A stretch of 64,000 nt of DNA from Octopus vulgaris. Lineage: Eukaryota. Each line of letters begins with the position of its first letter. The stretch's first letter is position 1. Position numbers and translations under genes: made by a program. The stretch spans positions 50,530,001-50,594,000 of the forward strand of contig OX597832.1 in the NCBI GenBank assembly GCA_951406725.2. The letters run 5' to 3'. Shown here piece after piece: positions 24,722 through 34,754 of the stretch. A model generated the notes under the pieces. The model made no database searches, was not told the origin of the DNA, and saw nothing but the letters and a program-made list of their open reading frames with translations.

Positions 24722-26940
24722 AGATCTATCTTAAACTGTGAAAAATTTAAAATTTATTCTTGTTTTTTGCCTTAATTGTATACCAGTTAGGGCTGACAAT
24801 CTTGTTTTACCATTATATTTGAGAATATTCCATCAGATTGTTTATATAGATGTGACATTTTGCTTTATTGTCCCTAATTTCACAGTACCCCACCTCCCCA
24901 GTCTATGATCAATACCATAAGCAAAACTTGTCTTTTCCCTTGTTTTTTCTAAAAAAAGAAATTTTGAATATTATATTTTTTCCTAAATTCTTTTGTCATT
25001 CTTGTTTTTTTTTTTTCTTTCTTTAATCCAACCCGAACAAAAGAAGTGTTGTGCGATCTTGACATTTTGGATTTAAAAATAACTCTCCTCAAGTTTTCTC
25101 TTTTCTGCCATTAAGCTTAATCATTTGTAAACAATTTGAAACATCAGAAGGTGGAAAAAAGCATTTAAATCTTTCATTTTTTTTTAATGAACAATTCTAA
25201 AACAATGTAATATAATTAATTAGCAAGTGTTGAACAAAGTCGTTAATTTTTTAATACTAATTTTTGCTTTGTTCGGATACTTAATCCCATTTGTAGTGGT
25301 CTAAGAATTTAAGTCGTCGATTTATTCACACAAAAGTGAATTAAAAAATGTGTATATAGTTGTTTTTAAGATTCTAAATGTCAAGATCACTTTTATGAAG
25401 TGGTTCTTATGATCTATTTAACTTTCATTATTTGTATACTTTATTTTTCTGTATTTTTAGATCGCCCCCTCCCCAAACGTACCATATTTATTTGTATATA
25501 AGTAACACTATTTTGATTTTCAACTGAAAAACAAGAATTAGGTTATGACTTATAAGTGAGTAAATATGGTAATTAACAAAACCTCTTAAACGAAATACTG
25601 ACGTGTCGATCGTGATTATGGAATATATTAAGATTATGCAATACCACCAACTTTTGTAGAGCCTTTGACACTTTGCTCAATCTTTGGTCGAGTTGTTGTC
25701 GATGATGGTATGTGACTTATTTTTTTGGAATTTTCAGGAAGTTTTGCGAATCTGTGTTTTGTACACGGGAATTCACGCGATTATGGAAGAAAAAAAAATT
25801 GCGTGTGATCTCAGGGCGAATTAGTTCCTATTAACACATCTCACGACCACCTGGTAACTTCCTCGTTCCTTAGTTCCTCTCACATGTACTGATATTTTCC
25901 TCCTCATAAACATATTTAATGGTCCATTGCTGGGATTTAGGCAAAAACATTCGGCCTGTCCCTATTTTAAACTGATCTTTTTTTTAAATTCGAAACAGAG
26001 TGAAAACTTTAGAATTTATGGAGGTGGGAGCAGATTTTTAAAAAACTTTAAAAAAATATATTTTCTGTTCATAATCGTATTATAATTTACAAAAAAATTT
26101 ACAAAAAAATATAATATTCAAAATTCCCGTGTGTAGAATACAAATTTGCAAACATTTTCTGAAAATTCTAAAAAAAAAAATAAGGTCTTATTTGGAGTTC
26201 TTAAACCAGAATTGCGCCATCTTTTATTTATATAACTTTCATAGTTCACGTACACAATAATAATCTGACGAAAATCCCTTTCATTACCATTACCTAATGA
26301 AGCTTTCCCGAATTTAGATAGAAAGTTTACACCTCGCCACAGATCCATTTTCTTCAATGACCTCCACACAAAAGTTGAGTAAGATTAATACATAACCCAT
26401 ATTCAAAAGAAACTTGAGGTGGTCTTTCTGCGTCAGCAAAATAAGTTGATCAAGTTCGAGCATGTTCGTATGCTGTGTAGAGACGAGAAACTGCCTGGAT
26501 ACGGAAAAATATTTCTGTAAACTTTTGATAGCGTACGAGTTGTTTATCACCCATAGGGGGAGTGAGAGCTGAGCTATGTATATTGTGTAACTGATATTGA
26601 ATGAAACCCCGTAGATTTTCAGACCTTGGACATATCCTTCTCTGTAATGTGTTAGTTTCACTTTGTCAAACTTGCTCATAATCAGTTTAGGTCAACATAC
26701 ATTTTTGCGGTCGTAAAAGTGAAAGTAAATTGTGAGGCACACCGGAAGCGATGATAATGACATCCCAAAATTTCATTAAGAGAACATAACTAACTGCCTC
26801 ATTATACTATGTCAACAGGTACCTACATGTATGGTACCTTCTAGTATTTCAGAAATAGCAGCTGAGACACACCGTTCCGATTTACTATACCTAACAGCGA
26901 ACACTGAGAAGTATAATTGTTTTCATCTTATATTAGATAT

Positions 26941-27330
26941 AGGCGCAGGAGTGGCTGTGTGGTAAGTAGCTTGCTAACCAACCACATGGTTCCGGGTTCG
27001 GTCCCACTGCGTGGCATCTTGGGCAAGTGTCTTCTGCTATAGCCCCGGGCCGACCAATGCCTTGTGAGTGGATTTGGTAGACGGAAACTGAAAGAAGCCT
27101 GTCGTATATATGTGTGTGTGTGTGTGTTTGTCCCCCTAGCATTGCTTGACAACCGATGCTGGTGTGTTTACGTCCCGTCACTTAGCGGTTCGGCAAAAAG
27201 AGACCGATAGAATAAGTACTGGGCTTACAAAGAATAAGTCCCGGGGTCGATTTACTCGACTAAAGGCGGTGCTCCAGCATGGCCGCGGTCAAATAACTGA
27301 AACAAGTAAAAGAGAAAAGAGTAAAAGAGT
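26941..27330 (+). mobile_element. tRNA-derived SINE family A, full length, with CORE-like CTTGGGCAAGT and internal microsatellite
   Basis: A/B boxes. Many copies: 7470-7590(-), 15808-16160(-), 31645-32018, 32431-32788, 32940-33865, 34150-34517, 42291-42690(-), 51351-51750(-), 52035-52345, 56680-56850, 57960-58370. Confidence 0.9.
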
Positions 27331-27479
27331 ATATATGTTCGCTTTTCATGTTATATTAATGCATATACTTACATACACGAATATACATACATACACACTC
27401 CTACATAAACACATACACATATACACAAAAATATATAAACATAAGCCTTTATATAAGCATAAGAACTTAAAAGGCATCA

Positions 27480-27747
27480 TTCGGGCGTGATCGTTACCAG
27501 CGTCGCATTACTGGCACTCGAGGTCGTTGCCAGTGCCGCCTGACTGGCCCCCATGCCGGTGGCACGTAAAAAGCACCCACTACACTCTCGAAGTGGTTGG
27601 CGTTAGGAAGGGCATCCAGCTGTAGAAACCCTGCCAGATCAAGATTGAAGCCTGGTGCAGCCATCTGGTTCGCCAGCCCTCAGTCAAAATCGTCCAACCC
27701 ATGCTAGCATGGAAAGCGGACGTTAAACTATGATGATGATGATGATG
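27480..27747 (+). mobile_element. RTE 3'-UTR-only insertion with (GAT)n tail
   Basis: Matches 54840-55225. Others at 11290-11560(-), 29849-30030(-), 35130-35490, 43020-43172(-), 44480-44820(-), 58785-59138. Confidence 0.85.
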
Positions 27748-28150
27748 AAGCCATTCAGCTGGAAAAAAGTTAAAGAAATAAAAGATTTTAATGGTTTGAC
27801 AGTTCTGAGACCAAAAGCGAGTGATTACCGAAATACTTTCACTTCACGTGTTTCTCGTAGAAAGATTACCTAAATAATATGTATGTTCTATACATTGGTT
27901 ATACACACATTGTTTACATGGAATTATGGAAGGTCAGTGTCATCACTTCTGGTTTCCATCGCAATTTATTTTCATTATTTTTAAGACAATCTATTTTCCC
28001 TCTTTTACGGTCGTAAACTACATGTTAACCATCCGTTTGTCTCGGTGAAAGAATTCTTTTTAGAAATCATACTGCTGTCAGCTTTATTGTCACAGGGAAT
28101 ATTTCGGAGGGTAATTAAGGATGATGTTGTTTTGTTGAATGTTTTTGCTT

Positions 28151-28600
28151 TACATTATTTACATTTGACGGATATTTGTCCACATCTTGTTTGTTGTTAA
28201 CACAACATTTCGGCTGATATGCCCTCCAGCCTTCATCAGGTGTCTTGGGGAAATTTCGAACCTGGGTTCTCATTCCTAAGGTATTTTAGACATTATTATT
28301 ATTATTATTATTGTCTTCTTTCTTGGTGTTGGTGTTGGTTTGGTGATGGTCAGCTCTTGTGGTCAATAAAAGAACTAATTATTATTATTATTATTGTCAT
28401 TATTCAGGTCACTGCTTGGAATCGAACTCGGAATCTTGGGGTTAGTAGCCCACGTTCTTAACCACTATGCCATATGCGTGTGGGCCCATGGGCATATAGC
28501 ATAGTGGTTAAGAGCACGGGCTACTAACCCCAAGATTCCTAGTTCGATTCCAAGCAGTGACCTGAATAATAATAATAATAATAACAGCATCGAAATAAAA
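28151..28600 (-). mobile_element. Fold-back tRNA-head + hammerhead-motif retroposon
   Basis: Direct repeat gtttttgctt at 28141-28150 and 28601-28610; head-to-head tRNA-like units; HHR core near the minus-strand 3' end. Confidence 0.7.
28199..28244 (-). ncRNA. Minimal type I hammerhead ribozyme motif (Penelope-like), probably decayed in helix III
   Basis: GACAC-CTGATGA-A-GGCTG-(10 nt)-CAGCC-GAAA-TG-TT-GTGTT. Confidence 0.65.
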
Positions 28601-28870
28601 GTTTTTGCTTCAATTTTGTTCATTTTGGGTTGCTTTGAATCTAGAAAGTGTGATTGATTACCTCAGATCGATAAGAATTTTTGTTGCTCTTTAAGATAGG
28701 TGTGATTATTAGTAGATTTAGCTGCAATTACCACCAGTTTGAGCTGCTGCACAAATGTAATGTATAGCCCAGAATCAATCAACAATAGCCATACGAAAAA
28801 AAATAATTCTTAATTGTACCACCTAAATATCCCCTATCATAATCTGGCCACTGTACAGCATTCATGTATG

Positions 28871-28916
<46 letters not shown>

Positions 28917-29013
28917 AATAAAGGGTGAAATATAATTAACTTAATAAAATGAATAAATTTCACCTAGTAGTTTTTTTCGGTATGGAAATGACCATATTCG
29001 GTAAGGATTATAT

Positions 29014-29246
29014 TAATTATAATAAAGGGTTAATTACAACAAGTTGCTCAAAACCACATACCGAAAGTATTAGAAATAGCAGTTAAATAGGTCACCATTA
29101 CTACTAGTAGTAGTAATGGTGACCTATTTGGCTGCTATTTCTAATATTTTCGGTATGTGGGTTTGTGACCTATTTGGCTGCTATTTCTAATATTTTCGGT
29201 ATGTGGTTTTGAGCAACTTGTTGCAATTAACCCTTTATTATAATTA
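29014..29246. repeat. Long quasi-palindrome (~90-bp arms) with a 46-bp tandem duplication in the right arm
   Basis: Centre GGTCACCATTACTACTAGTAGTAGTAATGGTGACC; arms are complementary. Confidence 0.85.
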
Positions 29247-29575
29247 TATATATATATATAAAGTCTTCTACAGCTGCCAAACAGATATCTAATTGTCTTA
29301 TTGTTTGACAAAGTTAATGGTCTGTTATAATCATGAATCACCACAGATTTGTAATATAACTTTATCCACATCAAATTTATGTATATATAAATCTACTATC
29401 AAAACTATTGTTTGTTTTATCCTTGACTAAAGATGTGTGTATGTTGTTGGCTGCAAGAATGTATTGAAAATAAAATGTGCCGAAATATTTTTCATCTGAA
29501 ATTCCATCAATTTCTTTTATTCTTTTGACATAAAACCTTAAAGACTACTAATATATATATATATATGTATGTATA

Positions 29576-29606
<31 letters not shown>

Positions 29607-30229
29607 GTATATGTATGTATGTATATATTAGTTCATGCTAGAATAGAATATAAGGATAAAATCATGTTAATAATTTTTATCGAGTAGTCAACATGCAATA
29701 AAAATTTATAGGTAAGTTATACATTAATAATTATGTGTATGTAATTATATTAAGGGAGCAAGGCAAAAAGGAGTTTCCCCCTTGCTCCCTTTATATAATT
29801 ATATATATATAATTATTAATTTAATGTGTGTATATATATATATATATATCATCGTTTAACGTCCGTTTTCCGTGCTAGCACAGGTTGGACTGTTCAACCG
29901 GGGTCTGGGAAGCCAGGAGGCTGCACCAGACTCCAGTCTGATCTAGCAGTGTTTCTACAGCTGGATGCCCTTCCTAACGCCAACCACTCCATGAGTGTAG
30001 TGGGTGCTTTTTACGTGCCACTGGCACAGGTATCACAACTATAATTTCCATTTGATATTTATTTTGATGTTGATGTACTTGACTCAGTAGGTCTCCTCAA
30101 GCACAGCAGGTCACATGCAACCGGCATAGAAGCGAGTCAAGGCAGTGCTGGCATCGGCCACGTTCGGATGGTGCTTTTTATGTGCTGCCAATATAGATAT
30201 ATAAGTAGTCCTTTGTATGTGGTTGATGT

Positions 30230-30840
30230 GCAGGAACAGAAAGCACTAAGAGCACATGGGAATTAGGTTCTCTCAAATGCCCAGGAGGCTCTCTTGAGGT
30301 TGTTGATAGTTTCTGTTACCTTGGTGACCAAATAAGCAATGGTGGAGGATGCTCTGAAAGTATTGTTTCTAGAATAAGAATTGGTTGGAGGAAGTTCAGA
30401 GAGCTATTACCCCTGTTGGCAACAAAAGGACTCTCTCAGAGTGAAAGGTAAACTATATGATGCTTGTGTATGAACAGCTATATTCCATGGTAGTGAGATA
30501 TGGACTGGAGAGAAACAAAGGTAGTATGCTCTATTGGATGTACAAATTGGTGCACATGTACAGCAAAGTGCAAATGTAATGAGAGAAAAGTTGGGCAAAG
30601 GAGGAATCAAATATAACATGCAAGAGAGAAGACTGCGTTGGTTTGGACATGTGATGAGTATGAATGAGGACAGATGCATAAAAAAGTGCCGATCACTGAA
30701 AGTGGAAGGTACCTATGGAAGAGGGGGACGTAGGAAAGTGTGGGATGAAGTGGTAAGGACCGATCTCAGGAAGTTGGGCGTCATGGAGGAAATAACAATG
30801 AACTAAGATGTCTGGTGGTATGAAATTCTTGAGAGGACCT
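30230..30840 (+). mobile_element. RTE LINE fragment
   Basis: FCYLGDQISNGGGCSE..., ERRLRWFGHV motifs, with stops. Confidence 0.85.
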
Positions 30841-30914
30841 GCCCACGTCAGCGAAACTCAAGTTCTAGAAGCACTGTGTGTCTCTCTCTCTCTATCTGCT
30901 CAGTCGAGGTCAAC

Positions 30915-31470
30915 TCTCAGTCACTCATTGGATCAGTGTCCTCCAGTCAGTTCTATCCTGGGCCACTTCTTTCAGATTGGCTATGTCCATTCCGGTATCA
31001 CTCTTGATGGTGTCAAGCCAGCGGGTTCTTGGTCGGCCTCTTCCTCTCTTGCCACTGACCATTCCGAGCATGATGTCCTCCTGGGATTTTCTCCGCATAA
31101 TATGACCAAAATATGCCAATCTATGCTTGGTGATCCTAGCTTCTAGCGGCATTTTTGGCCTTATCTGCTTAAGAACTTCTCCATTGGTGAGCCTGTCCAT
31201 GGAATCCGTGAAAGTCTTCTCCAACACTAAAGCTTGAATGCATTAATTATCTTCTGGTCAGCTTTCTTTAGTGTCCAATTCTCGCATCCATATGTTGCTA
31301 TTGGGAAGACAATTGCATTCACCAATCTGCATTTGGTAGCGAGTCTGATGTCTCTACTCTTCCAGACCCTGCTCATGCTGACCATTGCCTCTCTGCCTAG
31401 TACTATCCGCCATCTTATTTCTGGAGTGCAGTCACCATCTCAATTTATTTTGGAGCCAAGGAAGATGTGT
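30915..31470 (-). mobile_element. RTE (BovB-like) LINE fragment, tail-to-tail with the preceding RTE
   Basis: RLAYFGHIMRR..IMLG.V.GKRGRGRPRTRWLD. Confidence 0.85.
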
Positions 31471-32569
31471 CTAGCTTTCTAAAATGTTTAATTTAGTGGA
31501 ATTTATTTGTCTCAGGTTATGCCAAGCTGACAGTTTCAAATAAGGATGAAATGGTACTATATATGACTACTAACAATTGGAAATTTTAAGGTTTTTGTAA
31601 TGTGTAAGACAAAAAATTATTCATTGTATATATTCAGTACATATAGGTACAGGAGTGGCTGTGTGGTAAGTAGCTTACTTACCAACCACATGGTTCCGGG
31701 TTCAGTCCTACTGTGTGGCACCTTGGACAAGTGCCTTCTTACTATAGCCTCAGCCGACCAAAGCCTTGTGAGTGGATTTGGTAGACGGAAACTGAAAGAA
31801 GCCCATCATATATATGTGTGTGTGTCTGTGTTTGTCCCCACCAACATCGCTTGACAACTGAAGGTGTGTATGCGTTCCTGTAATTTAGTGATTCAGCAAA
31901 AGAGACTGATAGAATAAGTACTAGGCTTACAAAGAATAAGTCCTGGCATCGATTTCCTTGACTACGGGTGGTGCTCCAGTATGGCCGCAGTCAAATGACT
32001 GAAACAAGTAAAAGAGTACACCTTATTCATTCGATTTTAATTTAAAATTCAAACCACAAATTCTACCTTTAATTGATCTAGAAAGAATTGTCTCCCCTAC
32101 AATACCTGATCACCAGGACATACCTGTATAGTAGTTTTCTGTTTTTTTACATTCTCACAGGGTCAAGGGCTCTGTTGCTTGAACCAGAAAGGATGACAGA
32201 TAAGTTGATCTTGGTGAGAACTGAAATTAAAATAGCTGAGCATTCTACTCTCACTACATCAATAAAAGGCTTGGATTTCAGGATAGGAATTAACCATCTA
32301 GCTTTTAAACTGGCCATATCTGGTCCCTATGGTCTACCTGTTTATGTTCAAACTGGCCAGATCTGGCGTCTCACACCTACATGCTAAGAATAAACACTTA
32401 CGCTTTTGAAACCCGAAAACTATGAGATAATAGGTACAGGAGTGGCTTGCTTACCAACCACATGGTTCTGGGTTCAGTCCCACTGCGTGGCACCTTGGGC
32501 AAGTGTCTTCTACTATAGCCACGGGCCAACCAAGTGGATTTGGTAGATGGAAACTGAAAGAAGCCTGTC

Positions 32570-32601
<32 letters not shown>

Positions 32602-33116
32602 ATGTCTCCCCAACATCGCTTGACAACAGATGCTGGTGTGTTTACGCCCCAGTAACTCAGCGATTTGACATAAGAGACCAATAAAATAAGTGCTAGGCCT
32701 ACAAAGAATAAGTCTTGGGGTTGATTTGCTCGACTAAATGTGGTGCTCCAGCATGGCCGCAGTCAAATGACTGAAACAAGTAAAAGTATAATGCATTATT
32801 AATTCAAAGCAATGTGAACAAATAAACATTGCATTTGGCAGATTAATCTGAATGTCGAAGGATTAAACAGGTAAAGAAATTTCTTTGTTGCTTTCTCCCT
32901 GACATTTTGAAATTCCTGATATTTTGAAATGAAACAATATAGGCACAGATGTGGCTGAATGGTAAGAAGCTTGCTTTTGAACCACATGATTCTGGGTTCA
33001 GACCCACTGTGTGGCACCTTAGGTAAGTGTCTTCTACTGTAGCCTTGGGCCGACCGAAGCCTTGTGAGTTAATTTGGTAGACGGAAACTGAAAGAAGCCT
33101 GTCATAAATATGTATA

Positions 33117-33635
33117 TCTATTATATAAAATCTGTTGTCTGTCTGTCTGTGTGTGTGTCTTCTAGGATCTCGGGCATCCTCCATCCGATTGCACTCAAAT
33201 TTGATATGTAGATACCGATGGTATCAGGGCGTGTATAAGTCTTGAAAAAATTACGAAAACCGATTCCCGGGGAGAATGTGATCGATAAAGCCATGGGAAT
33301 GTGTATTTGTATGCTCAAGCACATCAGCTGTTGCGATTGATACTACACATACACGAGAAAAATGCACATGCTGTTTGCGCAAAACAGGCTGGCTGGCTTG
33401 AAATAATGCCACCAAATGCAGTATATTTAAAAGACCAAAAAACGTAAGATGCAAAAGAGATATTTTCTTCAAACTTGGCACGAAGGAAGGAAAGACTATC
33501 TTTATTTCTTCTTTTGCTGGTGTCTCAAATTTAGGTTAAATCAGTGTTTCTCAAAGGGACAAGTTGTTTTGAGAAAATTTTGTTTAAATGTATGACAACT
33601 CAGCACCGTCCATTGGACGGGAGGTGTTTTGCTCG
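33117..33635 (+). mobile_element. Non-autonomous Helitron-like element inserted in a SINE (32940-33865)
   Basis: A|TCTATTATATAAAA start, (GTCT)n, hairpin CCGTCCATTGGACGG near the end. SINE halves flank it. Confidence 0.7.
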
Positions 33636-34324
33636 TATATATATATATATATCATATATGTGTCTGTATTTATCCCCCCACCATCAATTGACAACTGACG
33701 CTAGTGTATTTACATCCCTTGTAACTTAGTGGTTCAGCCTAAGAGACCGATAGAATAAGTACTAGGCTTACAATGAATAAATCCTGGGGTTGATTTATTC
33801 AACTAAAAACCCTTAAGGCAGTGCTCCAACATGGCCACAGTCAAATGAATGAAACCAGAATAAAAGTATGTTCACATCTTGTGTAGAAATATTTTCAATA
33901 TGTATCATTATATATTTGTAACCCTGAAGGCAGCAAGCTGGCAGAATTGTTACTGTACTAAGCAAAATGCTCGGTGGCATTTTGGGGGGCTCTTTTTGTT
34001 CAAAGTTTAAAATCTGCCAAGGTTGATTTTGTTTTTCATTCTTTCAGACTCAATAAAATACCAGTGGAATACTGGGGTTGATGTAATCAACTTACTCCTT
34101 CCACTCAATGTTCTTAGCCTTGTGATAAAATTAGAAACAATTATGTCTATAGGCGTAGGAGTAGCTGTGTGGTAAGTAGCTTGCTTACCAACCACATGGT
34201 TCCAGGTTCAGTCCCACTGCGTGGCACCTTGGGCAAGTGTCTTCTACTATAGCCTCGGACCAACCAAAGCCTTGTGAGTGGATTTATCAGACAGAAACTG
34301 AAAGAAGCCTGTCATATATATGTG

Positions 34325-34355
<31 letters not shown>

Positions 34356-34665
34356 GTGTTTACGCCCCTGTAACTTAGCAGTTCAGCAAAAGAGACCGAT
34401 AAAATAAGTACTAGGCTTACAAAGAATAAATCCTGGGGTTGAATTGCTCGACTAAAGGCGGTTCTCCAGCATGGCCACAGTCAAATGACTGAAACAAGTA
34501 AAAGAGTAAAGAGAGTAAGCCTGGATAACAATTTAAAAAAAATTTTAAACAATAATGTAAGACCTCTGAAGAGAAAGATGCTGTTGGTCCAAAGTAGATG
34601 TTCTACATTTGGTCAAGATATGATTCATATTTCATATATTGTGGTTGGCATTACCAATAAACACT

Positions 34666-34754
34666 TTTGTGCCAAAAGTGTTTTATCAGAACATGTATAA
34701 CCAGAGTGATGGTTATACATGTTCTGATAAAACATTGATTTCTTTTGGCACAAA
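34666..34754. repeat. Hairpin: 25-bp perfect stem, 6-nt loop, 13-bp outer stem
   Basis: TGTTTTATCAGAACATGTATAACCA-gagtga-TGGTTATACATGTTCTGATAAAACA. Confidence 0.9.

Noticed and set aside
24014-24734. Alternative-frame ORFs overlapping SARAF
   Set aside because: Short shadow ORFs of the real CDS with no independent evidence.
26314-26679. 121-aa minus-strand ORF as a protein gene
   Set aside because: No recognisable motif and no convincing downstream exon; mentioned only as part of a low-interest finding.
28490-28565. tRNA gene with anticodon ACT
   Set aside because: The acceptor stem pairs poorly, there is no T-run terminator, and it sits in a TSD-bounded inverted repeat, so it is a SINE head rather than a tRNA. 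Likewise 41123-41195.
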